Notes: generated by a model from the sequence alone, not told the origin. Positions 18,546 through 29,619 are shown, counted from the stretch's first letter. The stretch is DNA of 64,000 nucleotides from Verrucomicrobiota bacterium (GCA_018969605.1 JAGWXY010000003.1:66-64065), one strand, 5' to 3'. Numbers and translations are program-made.

Positions 18546-18548
18546 GCC

Positions 18549-20294
18549 TCAGCGCTTGGCTTTTGGCTTCTTGAGAAACGCCTCGATTTCCGCCGTCTTG
18601 CGGGTGTTCAGCACATCGCCTTTTCCAAGCCATCCCTTGCGCGCGATGCGCACACCGAGGCCCAAATAATGCAGGCCCTCCCTTGAATGAGCGTCGGGGT
18701 TGATCGAACAAAGCACGCCCTTGTCCTTCGCGCGCTTCCACCAACGCCAGTCCATATCGAGACGCTGTGGATTGCAGTTGAGCTCGATGATGGTCCGCGT
18801 CTCAGCCGCGCAATCGATCACCATCGCGTGATCAACGGCATATGCCTCACGCTTGAGCAACAATCGTCCGGTGAGATGCCCCAGCATCGTGACATGCGGG
18901 TTCTCCATCGCCCGGCATATGCGCCGCGTCATTTCCTTTTCGGGCAAATGAAACGAGGTGTGCACCGAGGCCACGCAGTAATCGAGCGATGCAAGCATTT
19001 CGTCATCAAAATCCAGGGTGCCATCCTTGAGGATGTCGACCTCGGTTCCTGCAAAGAGCCGGAAATGGGAAAATGCGCGATTGAGCCTGCGGATCTCCGC
19101 CACTTGCGCCGCAAGGCGTTCTTCATCGAGACCGTTCGCCACAGCCATCGACTTCGAGTGATCCGCGATGCCAAGGTATTCGAGACCCAACTCCATCGCT
19201 TCCTCGGCCATTTCCTCGAGCGTGTGATGACCATCGGACGCGGTGGTGTGATTGTGAAATGTCCCGCGCAGGTTCGAGAGCTCGATCAAGCGAGGCAACT
19301 TGTGCTCTGCCGCTGCTTCAATTTCACCGCGGTTTTCCCGCAGTTCTGGTTCGATGAATGAAAGCCCCAGCACTTTGTAAATTTCGCGCTCGTCATGAAT
19401 GCCATCCGGCACCTCCGTCTTGCGCGCAGATCCCTCCGCCGCAGTGAAGCCGTATTCGTTGAGCGAAAGACCCTTCTTCAAGGCAATCCCGCGCAACGCG
19501 ACATTGTGCTCCTTCGATCCGCTGAAGTATTGCAGCGCAAATGGAAACTGCTTGTTCGACACCGCACGCAAATCGCACTGGATGCCGTTCTTCAAACGCA
19601 CCGATGCCTTGGTTTCACCACACGCAATCACCGATTCAACCTCTGCCAGCGTGGTGAAATCCTCGCACACCAGCTTCGGCTCCTTGGTCGCCACCAAAAA
19701 ATCCAAATCGTGCACAACCTCCTTGGCCCGACGGAACGATCCCGCCACCGCCACCAACGAAATTTCCGGATGCAGCCGCAAGGTGTCGAGAATCTCGGAA
19801 ACCAAAGGCGTGACCGAACCCAGCAAAAATGAATCGGCAAATTTTTCCTTCAAGGCAATCGCCTCAAGAATCGCCGCTTGGGTCTTGGCACCAAAGCCCG
19901 GCAAGCCCGCCACCTTTCCCGCCTCACACGCCGCCTTGAGGTCGACCACGCCACCGATCCCAAGCTCACGATGCAAGGCCTTGACCTTCTTCGGCCCCAA
20001 TCCCTGAAGATCAAACAAGCCAAGCAAACCCTCGGGAAATTCCGCGCGCAGGTTCTGATGAAATTTCAACGCGCCCGTCGATGCGAGCTCATGCAACTTG
20101 TCGCGCAGCGCCTCGCCGATGCCCTTGATCCCCTCCAGTTCGTTGTCCTCGGCGAGCTTCACAATGTCGCCATCATACGCCATCACGGCCTCCGCGCCAT
20201 GACGGTAGGCCCGCACCTTGAACGGATTCTCATCCTTGAGCTCGAGCAAAAGCGCGATCTCCTCCAGCACGGCAGCCATCTGCTCACGAGTCAT
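18549..20294 (-). CDS. polX: family X DNA polymerase with C-terminal PHP domain (PolX)
   Basis: 581 aa. N-terminal HhH / pol-beta-like region and PHP motif 'GTFHNHTTASDGHHTLEEM...GIADHS'. Confidence 0.85.
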   Translation of the reverse strand: MTREQMAAVLEEIALLLELKDENPFKVRAYRHGAEAVMAYDGDIVKLAEDNELEGIKGIGEALRDKLHELASTGALKFHQNLRAEFPEGLLGLFDLQGLGPKKVKALHRELGIGGVVDLKAACEAGKVAGLPGFGAKTQAAILEAIALKEKFADSFLLGSVTPLVSEILDTLRLHPEISLVAVAGSFRRAKEVVHDLDFLVATKEPKLVCEDFTTLAEVESVIACGETKASVRLKNGIQCDLRAVSNKQFPFALQYFSGSKEHNVALRGIALKKGLSLNEYGFTAAEGSARKTEVPDGIHDEREIYKVLGLSFIEPELRENRGEIEAAAEHKLPRLIELSNLRGTFHNHTTASDGHHTLEEMAEEAMELGLEYLGIADHSKSMAVANGLDEERLAAQVAEIRRLNRAFSHFRLFAGTEVDILKDGTLDFDDEMLASLDYCVASVHTSFHLPEKEMTRRICRAMENPHVTMLGHLTGRLLLKREAYAVDHAMVIDCAAETRTIIELNCNPQRLDMDWRWWKRAKDKGVLCSINPDAHSREGLHYLGLGVRIARKGWLGKGDVLNTRKTAEIEAFLKKPKAKR

Positions 20295-20389
20295 GCGCGC
20301 AATCTCACCCCCATGCGAAATCGGGTCAAGCCCGCTGCTAGCAATACAGATTCAACTTTCAGGCAGATCTGCAGTCGCAGCCACCCACT

Positions 20390-22924
20390 TCACACGCCCG
20401 CCTCTTGCTTTGGCTCAGGCCGATGGGTCTCGAAGCTCAACTCTTCGCTGTCGGACTTCTTCACCACGCTTACCGTATCGCCGGCTTTGACATCACCGCG
20501 CAGAATGGACTCCGCGAGTGGATCTTCGAGGAACCTTTCCACCGCGCGGCGCATCGGACGCGCGCCGTAGGACGGATCGAAGCCTTTCTCGGAGAGAAAA
20601 TCGCGAGCCTCGGTTGCAAGCACGAGAGCAACATCCTTTTCCTTGAGTCGCTTGACCAATTTGTCGACCTCGAGATCGACGATTTGGTTGAGGTCGACCT
20701 TTTCGAGCATGTGGAAAACGACTTGTTCGTCGAGGCGATTGAGAAACTCCGGCTTGAAGTACCTCTTGGCCTCTTCGAGGATTTTTTCCTTCATGCCTTG
20801 GAAGTCGGACTCATCTTCATTCATCGCACCGAAGCCGAGCGAGGTCTGACGCTTGATCGTCGAGGCGCCGACATTCGATGTCATGATGATGATCGTGTTG
20901 CGGAAATCGATCTTGCGACCGAGCGAGTCGGTGACCGTGCCTTCTTCGAGAATCTGCAGGAGCAGGTTCATCACATCCGGGTGGGCTTTTTCGACTTCGT
21001 CGAAGAGCACCACCGAATACGGGCGACGGCGCACTGCTTCGGAAAGCTGACCACCCTCTTCATACCCGACATAACCCGGAGGCGAACCGATCAGGCGGCT
21101 CGCGGTGAATTTCTCCATGTACTCGGACATGTCGATTTGGATCAGCGAATCCGGATCGCCAAACATGAACTCGGCGAGGTTGCGCGCGAGGTAAGTTTTG
21201 CCAACGCCGGTGGGCCCAAGGAAAAGAAACGATCCGATCGGACGACGCGGATCCTTGAGGTCCGCACGCGAACGGCGCAAGGCCTTGGAAATCGCGACCA
21301 CCGCCTCGTTCTGACCAATGACGCGCCCCTTGAGCTCGTCCTCCATCTTGAGAAGTTTTTCGGTTTCCTTCTCTTCCATGCGGCGCAGCGGCACACCGGT
21401 CCATTTGGAAACGACGGCCATGATGTCATCGTCGGTCACCGTCACGATCGTCTCTTCGGAGGTCGCGCGCCATGACTTGAGCGTGTCTTCAAGTTTCTTC
21501 TTCGCAGTCTTCTCATCGTCACGCAACGAGGCGGCCGTTTCAAAATTCTGCTCGGCGATCGCCGCGAGTTTGTCGCGGTTGATTTGCTCGATCTTTTCTT
21601 CGAGCTGCTTGATTTCCGGCGGACGCGTCATCGTGCCGATGCGGGCACGAGCACCGGCCTCGTCGAGCACATCGATCGCCTTATCGGGCAGGAATCGCGC
21701 GGTAAGGTAGCGCGAAGTGAGCTTGACCGCCGCCTCGATCGCTTCGGGCGTGAACTTTGCCTTGTGGTGCGATTCGTATTTTTCCTGCAAGCCCTCAAGG
21801 ATGCGGATCGCGTCGGACACGGATGGCTCGTCGACCTTGACTTGTTGGAAACGGCGCTCGAGCGCGGAGTCCTTTTCGATGTGCTTGCGGTACTCGTTGA
21901 GCGTGGTGGCACCGACGCATTGCAGCTCGGCACGGCTGAGTGCCGGCTTGATGATGTTTGACGCGTCCATCGCCCCTTCGGCCGATCCCGCGCCGACAAT
22001 CGTGTGAAGCTCGTCGATGAAAAGAATGATGTTCTTCACCTTGCGGATCTCATCCATCACGGCCTTGATCCGCTCCTCGAACTGGCCGCGGTATTTCGTG
22101 CCGGCAACCATCAGCGCGAGGTCGAGCGTCACGACTTTTTTATCGCGCAAAATTTCCGGCACATTGCCCGAAGCGATCTCCTGGGCAAGGCCCTCAACGA
22201 TTGCTGTCTTGCCAACGCCCGCTTCACCGATCAGCACCGGATTGTTCTTGGTGCGGCGGCAGAGAATTTGAATGACGCGCTCGATTTCACCCTGACGCCC
22301 GATCACCGGATCGAGCCCGCCTTCTTTGGCCACCTTGGTGAGGTCACGACCGAAGGCTTTGAGCGCCGGGGTCTTGGTCTTGCCCTCGCTCTCGGGACCG
22401 GCGGCTTGAACTTGGCTTTCATCCTCAAAGGGCCCTTCAGCACCCTCGATGTCATCGTCATCATCGTCATCGTGATCCTCCGGCGAGAAATTCGGATCAA
22501 TCTCGGCGAGAATTTCGTTGCGGGTGCGTTGGATATCGACATCGAGCCTGCGCAGCACACGAGCGGCGACGCCCTCACCTTCGCGAAGCAGCCCGAGCAG
22601 AAGGTGCTCGGTGCCGACATACGAATGGTTGAGCGCCTTGGCTTCCTTGTTGGCAAGAGCGAGGACTTTCTTGACGCGTGGCGTGTAAGGGATGTTGCCA
22701 GCCGCCTTCTGAGGCGGTCCCGAGCCCACCTCTTTTTCGACCTCCATGCGCACGGTATCGAGCTCGAGGCCCATGCGTTCGAGCACATTCACCGCGACCC
22801 CTTGGCCGAGCTTTATGAGGCCCAGCAACAAGTGCTCGGTGCCGACATAGGAATGGTTGAAACGGTCTGCCTCCTTGCGGGCAAGGGCCAGTACCTGTTG
22901 GGCGCGTGGTGTGAAGTTGTTCAT
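20390..22924 (-). CDS. clpC: ATP-dependent Clp protease ATP-binding subunit ClpC
   Basis: 844 aa. Duplicated Clp_N repeats ('[11 protein letters not shown]' twice), two AAA+ modules ('GEAGVGKTA', 'GPTGVGKT'). Unusual poly-Asp linker '[13 protein letters not shown]'. Confidence 0.9.
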   Translation of the reverse strand: MNNFTPRAQQVLALARKEADRFNHSYVGTEHLLLGLIKLGQGVAVNVLERMGLELDTVRMEVEKEVGSGPPQKAAGNIPYTPRVKKVLALANKEAKALNHSYVGTEHLLLGLLREGEGVAARVLRRLDVDIQRTRNEILAEIDPNFSPEDHDDDDDDDIEGAEGPFEDESQVQAAGPESEGKTKTPALKAFGRDLTKVAKEGGLDPVIGRQGEIERVIQILCRRTKNNPVLIGEAGVGKTAIVEGLAQEIASGNVPEILRDKKVVTLDLALMVAGTKYRGQFEERIKAVMDEIRKVKNIILFIDELHTIVGAGSAEGAMDASNIIKPALSRAELQCVGATTLNEYRKHIEKDSALERRFQQVKVDEPSVSDAIRILEGLQEKYESHHKAKFTPEAIEAAVKLTSRYLTARFLPDKAIDVLDEAGARARIGTMTRPPEIKQLEEKIEQINRDKLAAIAEQNFETAASLRDDEKTAKKKLEDTLKSWRATSEETIVTVTDDDIMAVVSKWTGVPLRRMEEKETEKLLKMEDELKGRVIGQNEAVVAISKALRRSRADLKDPRRPIGSFLFLGPTGVGKTYLARNLAEFMFGDPDSLIQIDMSEYMEKFTASRLIGSPPGYVGYEEGGQLSEAVRRRPYSVVLFDEVEKAHPDVMNLLLQILEEGTVTDSLGRKIDFRNTIIIMTSNVGASTIKRQTSLGFGAMNEDESDFQGMKEKILEEAKRYFKPEFLNRLDEQVVFHMLEKVDLNQIVDLEVDKLVKRLKEKDVALVLATEARDFLSEKGFDPSYGARPMRRAVERFLEDPLAESILRGDVKAGDTVSVVKKSDSEELSFETHRPEPKQEAGV

Positions 22925-24048
22925 GGGTCGCCTGGGTTGTTGATATCGGAAGAAGCCTCGGATTTTCCGTTTGTAAAATGATTATCAGGGGATTCGAGAG
23001 ATTGCAAACGGGAGCGTACGATTTCCGCGCGAATGGCATCACGCTCTTCAGGGGGTAGTTTCCTTCCCGAATGAAGTTGAAGGTGGGCCGGCTGGATGTC
23101 CATGAGCAACGAATCGCACAATATGACCGTCTCTGCAGGAAAAAAACCAAGGGTCGCACCGAGCCGGAGCAATGAGAGGTGGTTCAGCGCCTCCTTGGAG
23201 TCGATCAGATGCGCGTGGCGCAACACTCCGTAGGCGCGGCCAATCTTGTCGGCAACCATGTCGGGGTCGTCTTCGAGCAGTTTTTCACGCGCATTTTGCT
23301 CGTGGGTCGCCACCTGCGAGATCACGCGTTCAAGGCGGCGGATGATGGTTTCCTCGGACTCACCAAGCGTCGACTGATTGGAAATTTGATAAAGGTTGCC
23401 GAGCGATTCGGTGCCCTCGCCATAGATACCGCGCACGGCGAGGCCTATTTTATTGACCGCTTGCAGCACCTGGCCGATCTGGTCGCTGAGCACGAGCGCG
23501 GGCAGATGCAACATCGACGACGCACGCAATCCCGTGCCGAGGTTGGTCGGACACGCGGTGAGGTACCCTAGCCGAGGATCGAAGGCAAATTCCAGCGAAT
23601 CCTCCAATTGGCTGTCGAGCTCGGAAAGTGCCTGAAAGGCAGACCCAAGTTGCAAGCCCGGGCGGATCGCCTGCATCCGCAGATGATCCTCTTCGTTGAG
23701 CATGAAACTGAAGGTCTGGCGTCGCTCGATCACCGCGCCCGAGCCATCGGCCCGCGCTGCATGCTCGCGCGAAATGAGATGACGCTCGACCAGCACCTGT
23801 TTTTGCACGGAGTTGAGACCGGAAAGTTCCTGCGAAAATGCATCCTTCATCGCCGGCAGTTCCTCCACCGCCGGTTTCATTTCCTCCAAGGCCGCCGCAC
23901 GCTGATCGCGCTTGGCCCAGCCGGGAAACGGATGACGCCGCAAATTACGCGCCAAACGAATGCGCGAGGTGATCACCGCGCCATGCTGGCCCTTGCCACC
24001 GGTCATCCAGTCTGCAGGATGCTTCACCAATGTCGAAAAGCGCATCAT
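22921..24048 (-). CDS. mcsB: protein arginine kinase McsB (ATP:guanido phosphotransferase family)
   Basis: 375 aa. 'EEDHLRMQ' and 'CPTNLGTGLRASSMLHLPAL' are phosphagen-kinase catalytic motifs. 4-nt overlaps with both neighbouring genes. Confidence 0.85.
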   Translation of the reverse strand: MMRFSTLVKHPADWMTGGKGQHGAVITSRIRLARNLRRHPFPGWAKRDQRAAALEEMKPAVEELPAMKDAFSQELSGLNSVQKQVLVERHLISREHAARADGSGAVIERRQTFSFMLNEEDHLRMQAIRPGLQLGSAFQALSELDSQLEDSLEFAFDPRLGYLTACPTNLGTGLRASSMLHLPALVLSDQIGQVLQAVNKIGLAVRGIYGEGTESLGNLYQISNQSTLGESEETIIRRLERVISQVATHEQNAREKLLEDDPDMVADKIGRAYGVLRHAHLIDSKEALNHLSLLRLGATLGFFPAETVILCDSLLMDIQPAHLQLHSGRKLPPEERDAIRAEIVRSRLQSLESPDNHFTNGKSEASSDINNPGDP

Positions 24049-24557
24049 GATACCAAATTTTCGTTGAGTTGGCGGATCTCATCACGAATGCCGGCGGCTT
24101 CCTCGTAGCTTTCAGCAGCAACGGCCTGATCCAACCTCGCCCTCAGTTCTTCGAGCCGTTGGCGCAGCACCTGACGCTTCATCAGCCCGGTCGGCACCTT
24201 GCCCTGATGGCTGGGGCCCTTGTGCATGCCGCGAATCATTGGCGAAAGCTCTTCACGGAATGTCGTGTAACACTCGCTGCAGCCAAGCCGGCGAACGCGA
24301 CGCAAATCCTCGAGCGTAAACCCGCACGCCGGGCAAGTCCCGTTGCCAAGCGGCATCGGAATGGCCGTACCAGCGGCAATCGGCTTACCCTCACCCAAGC
24401 CACCACCCATCAAGAGATCGGCCAGCGAAAATCCTGTGGGATCGGTCACGCCCCGCTCCTTGGCACACGGGTCGCAAAGGCATACCTTTTTCATCTGACC
24501 CTCCACCAGCTGGGTCAGAAAGACGGTCGCCTTGCTGTCGCAGAAATCACATTTCAT
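24045..24557 (-). CDS. mcsA: McsA-like zinc-finger / UVR-motif protein
   Basis: 170 aa. CxxC pairs ('CDFCDS', 'CLCDPC', 'CPACG', 'CSEC') and a C-terminal UVR motif 'ESYEEAAGIRDEIRQL'. Confidence 0.8.
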   Translation of the reverse strand: MKCDFCDSKATVFLTQLVEGQMKKVCLCDPCAKERGVTDPTGFSLADLLMGGGLGEGKPIAAGTAIPMPLGNGTCPACGFTLEDLRRVRRLGCSECYTTFREELSPMIRGMHKGPSHQGKVPTGLMKRQVLRQRLEELRARLDQAVAAESYEEAAGIRDEIRQLNENLVS

Positions 24558-24607
24558 CGGGTCATTCTCGAAGAGCGATGCGTGCCATGAAAGGGAAAAT
24601 TTTCAAA

Positions 24608-25477
24608 TCAGGAAATCGGCGTGCCAGTGGTGGTCGCAAGTTCTTGGAAACCAGCGAGAAAACGCTTGGTCCATTCGCCAGGTTTGCCAGTGCCAATCAC
24701 CCGGCGGTCGAGCGCGACGACAGGAATCACCTCAGCTGCCGTGCCGGTGAGGAAACATTCGTCGGCGGTGAAGACATCGTAACGCGTGATCGAACGCTCA
24801 ATGACCGGGATGCCAAGTTTCTCGGCGACCTCGATGATCACCGCACGCGTGATGCCATCAAGCGCACCATCGCTGATCAATGGCGTGTAAAGTTTGCCGT
24901 TCTTCACGAGGAAAAGGTTGTCGCCCGTGCACTCGGCGACATAGCCCTGCTCGTTGAGCATGATCGCCTCAAGCGCGTTGGCCTGAATCGCCTCGACCTT
25001 GGCCATGATGTTGTTGAGGTAGTTAAGTGACTTGACCTGTGGCATCAAGGCACCCGGTGCCGGACGACGCGTCGCGCAGGTGATGATCGATAGGCCTTTT
25101 TGGTAATGCTCGTCGGGGTAGAGCTTGATCGTCGATGCAATGATGAACATCGATGGCTTTTCGCAAAGGTAAGGATTCAAGCCCAGCTCCCCTGCTCCGC
25201 GCGTCACGACGAGGCGGATGTAACCGTCGGTCAAACCATTCGCGGCCACCGTTTCGCAGGTGAACTTGCAGACCTCTTCCTGCGTCCATGGCATGTCGAT
25301 CACGATCGCGCGCGCCGAATCAAACAAGCGCCGGATGTGTTCTTCGAGTCGGAAGACCCTGCCATTGTAAAACCGGATGCCCTCAAACACGCCGTCGCCA
25401 TAAAGCAGGCCGTGATCGAAGACCGAGATCTTCGCCTGTGATTCATCCACCAATTCGCCGTCGAGCCAGATTTTCAT
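24608..25477 (-). CDS. ilvE: branched-chain amino acid aminotransferase (class IV)
   Basis: Start taken at 'MKIWLDGELVDESQAKISVFDHGLLYGDGVFEGIR'. Class IV fold motifs run throughout. Confidence 0.9.
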   Translation of the reverse strand: MKIWLDGELVDESQAKISVFDHGLLYGDGVFEGIRFYNGRVFRLEEHIRRLFDSARAIVIDMPWTQEEVCKFTCETVAANGLTDGYIRLVVTRGAGELGLNPYLCEKPSMFIIASTIKLYPDEHYQKGLSIITCATRRPAPGALMPQVKSLNYLNNIMAKVEAIQANALEAIMLNEQGYVAECTGDNLFLVKNGKLYTPLISDGALDGITRAVIIEVAEKLGIPVIERSITRYDVFTADECFLTGTAAEVIPVVALDRRVIGTGKPGEWTKRFLAGFQELATTTGTPIS

Positions 25478-25692
25478 GTGTGTGCGCCCCCAAGTTAGGT
25501 GGCAGGCCCACGCTGGCAAGCGGAAGATGGAAAAGGTTTTCGAACCCGATTCTTTCGGGCTCAACGACCCCTTCAGATTTTCTGCCACCCAGCGAGTGCC
25601 GCTCTATTTCTCGCAATGCGCACCAATGAAACAATCCCAACTCCGGGCTTCACTCGCCGCATTTCATGCGGTTGAATGACGCATCCCCCGCC

Positions 25693-26727
25693 ATGCCGGA
25701 AAACTTTTATCAACAGGCAACCTCAGCGCCCGCGACGAACTTTGATGTCTCGCTGCGCCCGCCGGCATTTTCCGAGTTCATCGGCCAGGAAAAGGTCAAG
25801 GACCGCCTGCTGCTGATGCTCGAGGCGGCCAAGCAACGCGGCGATGTGCTCGACCATGTGCTGCTTTCCGGTCCACCAGGCCTCGGCAAAACCACACTCG
25901 CAAATCTCATCGCCAAAGCCGCCGGCACCCAACTCCACACGACCTCGGGCCCGCAGATCGAAAAAGCCGGCGATCTCGCGGGCGTGCTCACCAACATCCA
26001 AAAGGGCGATGTGCTCTTCATCGATGAAATCCACCGCCTGCATCCGGCGATTGAGGAATACCTCTATCCGGCAATGGAGGACTTCCGCCTCGACATCATC
26101 ATCGATTCGGGGCCATCCGCGCGATCGATCCAGATCAACCTGCCACGCTTCACGCTGGTCGGCGCCACCACCCGCTCGGGCATGCTCACCGCGCCGCTGC
26201 GGTCACGCTTCGGACTCGTGAACCGCCTCGATTACTACACGCATGGCGAGCTGGCACAAATCATCGAACGCTCGGCCGGCTTGCTCGATGTGCCGATCGA
26301 ATCCGCCGGTGCGCTTGAAGTCGCCTCACGCTCGCGCGGCACTCCGCGTGTGGCCAATGCCCTGCTGCGTTGGGTGCGCGACTTCGCACAAGTCCGCGGC
26401 GCAGGCACCATCACCGGTGAAATCGCCGATGCGGCACTGGCGATGATCGAGATCGATTCGCAAGGGCTCGACGAAATGGACAAGCGCTTGCTCGAGGTGC
26501 TGATCTACAAATTCAGCGGCGGCCCGGTCGGCCTCAACTCGCTGGCCGTCGCGGTCGGCGAAGATTCGGCGACCATCGAGGAAGTGCACGAACCTTTCCT
26601 TATCATGCAAGGTTACCTCATGCGCACCCCGCGCGGTCGCATGGCCATGCCTGCGGCCTATGAAAAACTAGGCATCCCGGCACCACCGGCGATCAATCCC
26701 GACGCACCCCAACGTGAGCTGTTTTGA
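25693..26727 (+). CDS. ruvB: Holliday junction branch migration helicase RuvB
   Basis: '[15 protein letters not shown]', Walker A '[11 protein letters not shown]', 'FIDEIHRL'. The start could instead be the upstream ATG at 25666. Confidence 0.9.
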   Translation: MPENFYQQATSAPATNFDVSLRPPAFSEFIGQEKVKDRLLLMLEAAKQRGDVLDHVLLSGPPGLGKTTLANLIAKAAGTQLHTTSGPQIEKAGDLAGVLTNIQKGDVLFIDEIHRLHPAIEEYLYPAMEDFRLDIIIDSGPSARSIQINLPRFTLVGATTRSGMLTAPLRSRFGLVNRLDYYTHGELAQIIERSAGLLDVPIESAGALEVASRSRGTPRVANALLRWVRDFAQVRGAGTITGEIADAALAMIEIDSQGLDEMDKRLLEVLIYKFSGGPVGLNSLAVAVGEDSATIEEVHEPFLIMQGYLMRTPRGRMAMPAAYEKLGIPAPPAINPDAPQRELF

Positions 26728-26779
26728 AAATTTACGGATTTTCGCGTTCGCGCGCCACAGCAATCCATGACATCTTGAT

Positions 26780-27214
26780 ATGAAGCAAATGAACAAGACC
26801 GTTCAGGACCTCATCGCAAACTGCCGCGAGGCGGGACTGCGACGCACGAAGGCGCTTGAGGAACTCATCAGCACGCTGCTGGAGAGTGGTCGTCCAATGA
26901 CATTGGCAGAGCTCGCCACTTCGCCGCGCCTCAGTTCGCAATGCGACAAAGCGACGGTTTTCCGTCTGCTGCAACGCCTTGCCGGACACGGCATCGTGCG
27001 CCGCCTCGGCCTTCACGAACGCGCCGCCTACTTCGCGCTGCAGATCCCCGGCAAACACAGCGACTATTTGATCTGTACCTCATGCGGTACGATCGAACCG
27101 GTCAAAGCTCCCTGCCCGGTCCACGAACTCGAAGACGAAATTCGCAAGAAAACCGGATTCCAAAACCTCTATCACGAACTCGAGTTTTTCGGCATTTGCC
27201 CGAAATGCGCGTAA
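26780..27214 (+). CDS. Fur-family metalloregulator
   Basis: 144 aa. Winged-helix N-terminus and two CxxC pairs ('CTSCG', 'CPKC'). The subtype (Fur/Zur/PerR) cannot be called by eye. Confidence 0.8.
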   Translation: MKQMNKTVQDLIANCREAGLRRTKALEELISTLLESGRPMTLAELATSPRLSSQCDKATVFRLLQRLAGHGIVRRLGLHERAAYFALQIPGKHSDYLICTSCGTIEPVKAPCPVHELEDEIRKKTGFQNLYHELEFFGICPKCA

Positions 27215-27227
27215 ATCAAGCATTACG

Positions 27228-27929
27228 ATGAAACTCGATATTCGGCGCTCGTCCGATCGCGGTCATGCCAATCACGGCTGGCTTGATTCGCGTCACAGTT
27301 TCAGTTTTGCGGACTACTACGATCCGAAGCACATGGGCTTTCGCAGCTTGCGCGTGATCAATGAAGACCGCGTCGCGCCAGAAGGCGGATTCCCAAGTCA
27401 TCCGCACCGGAACATGGAGATCTTCAGCTATGTCATCGACGGCACGCTCGAACACAAGGACAGCATGGGCAACGGCCGCAGGCTCAAGCCTAGCCAAATC
27501 CAATTGATGAGCGCCGGCACGGGCGTCACCCATTCGGAGTTCAACCCCTCCAACACCGAAGCCGTTCACTTTTTGCAAATCTGGATCACGCCGAAACAAA
27601 ACGGGCTTACGCCAAACTACAGCGAATGGCACCCGTCGCCAGACACGGAAAATTCATCGAAAATTCTTGTGATCTCCGCCGACGGTCGCGATGGCTCCGC
27701 CCGCATCCAACAGGACGCCGATGTTTACCGCATCCGGCTCGCTGCCGGTGAAGCGATCGAGCATGCATTGAAACCCGGCCGCGGGCTTTGGCTGCAAATG
27801 ATTTCCGGCACAGCGACTGCCCATGATTGCCTGCTCAAGGCCGGCGATGGTGCGAGCACCGAATGCACCGGAAATTTCGAACTCCACGCCAACACTGCGA
27901 CCGAGGCCTTGCTGTTTGATCTCGGCTGA
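27228..27929 (+). CDS. pirin-family protein
   Basis: 'GFPSHPHRNMEIFSYVIDGTLEHKDSMGN' is the cupin metal-binding motif of pirins. Confidence 0.85.
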   Translation: MKLDIRRSSDRGHANHGWLDSRHSFSFADYYDPKHMGFRSLRVINEDRVAPEGGFPSHPHRNMEIFSYVIDGTLEHKDSMGNGRRLKPSQIQLMSAGTGVTHSEFNPSNTEAVHFLQIWITPKQNGLTPNYSEWHPSPDTENSSKILVISADGRDGSARIQQDADVYRIRLAAGEAIEHALKPGRGLWLQMISGTATAHDCLLKAGDGASTECTGNFELHANTATEALLFDLG

Positions 27930-27962
27930 TGCCATTTCTCCAACCCCCACCAACACACCACC

Positions 27963-29042
27963 ATGTCCGATCTTTTCACACCACTGCCACTCGGCCCACT
28001 GCGTCTTCCCAATCGAATTTTGATGGCACCCCTTACCCGCTGCCGCACTGAAAGGGATCACATCCCAACGCCCTTGATGGCCGAGCACTACGCGCAGCGT
28101 GCAAGCGCGGGGCTTATCATTGCCGAGGCGACGATGGCGATGAAGGGCAACTCGGCATTCTGGATGGAGCCCGGCATTTATTCGGATGAGCAAATCGCCG
28201 GATGGAAAATCGTGACCGATGCCGTGCACCAAGCTGGTGGCAGAATCTTTCTGCAAATCTGGCACGGCGGCCGTGCTTGTCATCCGCTTCTCAATGGCGG
28301 GGCACAACCGGTCGCCCCGAGCGCAATCGCCATCACCGGCGAGGAAGTCCACACGCCCGAAGGCAAAAAGCCCTATGTCACACCGCGCGAATTGCGTGAC
28401 GATGAAATCCCGGCGATCGTCGCCGGCTTTCGCACCGCCGCACTCAATGCCCGCGCTGCGGGATTCGATGGCGTCGAAGTTCATGGCGCCAATGGCTACC
28501 TACTCGACCAATTCCTGCGCGATGGATCCAACAAACGCAGCGGTCCCTACGGCGGATCAATCGCCAACCGCGCGCGCCTCATGCTCGAGGTGGTCGATGC
28601 CGTATCATCCGCCATCGGCAGCGATCGCGTCGGCCTGCGCATTTCCCCGCTCAACAGCTTCAACAGCATGAGCGACAGCAACCCGGTCGCCGTGGCCAGC
28701 CACCTCGCCGAAGAATTGAACTCACGCCATCTCGCCTACCTCCATGTGATGCGTGCGGATCTCTTCCAGCAGCAAAAGGGCGATGTGCTCACACCGATCC
28801 GGAAAATTTTCAAAGGAACGCTCGTTTCAAACATGGGCTACGACGCGAAGGAAGCCAACGAGGCCATCGCCGCCGGCAAGATCGATGCGGTCGCCTTTGG
28901 CACCTCATTCCTTGCCAACCCGGACCTGCCCGAGCGCATCCGCACCAACGCCACCCTCAACCAGCCAGATCCCGCGACCTTCTACACCCCCGGGCCCAAA
29001 GGCTACACCGACTACCCGGCGCTGCATGGTGGTCGCGACTGA
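27963..29042 (+). CDS. Old Yellow Enzyme-family NADH:flavin oxidoreductase (N-ethylmaleimide reductase-like)
   Basis: 359 aa. 'MAPLTRCR', 'QIWHGGR' and 'GVEVHGANGYLLDQFL' are present. Confidence 0.85.
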   Translation: MSDLFTPLPLGPLRLPNRILMAPLTRCRTERDHIPTPLMAEHYAQRASAGLIIAEATMAMKGNSAFWMEPGIYSDEQIAGWKIVTDAVHQAGGRIFLQIWHGGRACHPLLNGGAQPVAPSAIAITGEEVHTPEGKKPYVTPRELRDDEIPAIVAGFRTAALNARAAGFDGVEVHGANGYLLDQFLRDGSNKRSGPYGGSIANRARLMLEVVDAVSSAIGSDRVGLRISPLNSFNSMSDSNPVAVASHLAEELNSRHLAYLHVMRADLFQQQKGDVLTPIRKIFKGTLVSNMGYDAKEANEAIAAGKIDAVAFGTSFLANPDLPERIRTNATLNQPDPATFYTPGPKGYTDYPALHGGRD

Positions 29043-29096
29043 TACAAGCAAAATTCCATGCTTCCCGCCGGATCGGCGTTTCGATTGAATCCGCAC

Positions 29097-29567
29097 ATGA
29101 TCGACATGCTTGTGCGCCTCTATGATCTGCCGGACTCGTCCCAGACCTATCAAAAAGTCGCCGACAACGGTGTCACGCTCCGCCGCGCGAGGGCTTTCGA
29201 GAAACACACGGTCGCGGCATTTGTGCGCGCGAACTTTTCCGAAAAATGGGTCAGCGAAGTCGAAGTCGCGATGACCCGCCAGCCGATCGCCTGTTTCATC
29301 GCCACCAAGGACAAAGAGATTCTCGGCTTCGCCTGTTACGACACGACACTGCGCGGATTCTTCGGGCCTACGGGTGTTCTTGAATCCGCCCGCAAGCTCG
29401 GACTCGGCAAGGCCCTGCTCATGCGTTCGCTCGAAGCCTTGCGTGAATCAGGCTACGCCTATGCAATCATCGGCGGCGTCGGACCCAAGGAATTCTACGA
29501 GAAAAACTGCGGTGCCATCGAGATCCCCGGCAGCGATCCGGGCACCTACACGGACCTCCTGCCATGA
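29097..29567 (+). CDS. GNAT-family N-acetyltransferase
   Basis: Start taken at 'MIDMLVRLYDL'. Acetyl-CoA-binding-like segment 'RKLGLGKALLMRSLEALRESG'. Confidence 0.7.
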   Translation: MIDMLVRLYDLPDSSQTYQKVADNGVTLRRARAFEKHTVAAFVRANFSEKWVSEVEVAMTRQPIACFIATKDKEILGFACYDTTLRGFFGPTGVLESARKLGLGKALLMRSLEALRESGYAYAIIGGVGPKEFYEKNCGAIEIPGSDPGTYTDLLP

Positions 29568-29619
29568 ACTCGTACATTGCATGATTGCCGCGAGACGACA
29601 CCTCTAGGCGCCGACTACA

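Noticed and set aside
20301-20329. Sigma70-like promoter for polX on the minus strand (TTGACC-N17-GAGATT)
   Set aside because: The hexamers and spacing look reasonable, but the -10 element ends only 6 nt before the ATG. That would imply a leaderless mRNA. Not supportable without transcript-start data.
20405-21475. 356-aa ORF on the plus strand
   Set aside because: It lies entirely antisense to clpC, whose identity is unambiguous. It is low-complexity and Arg/Leu/His-rich, a typical shadow ORF in GC-rich DNA.
27654-28484. 276-aa ORF on the minus strand
   Set aside because: It is antisense to the pirin and OYE genes, both of which have clear family signatures.
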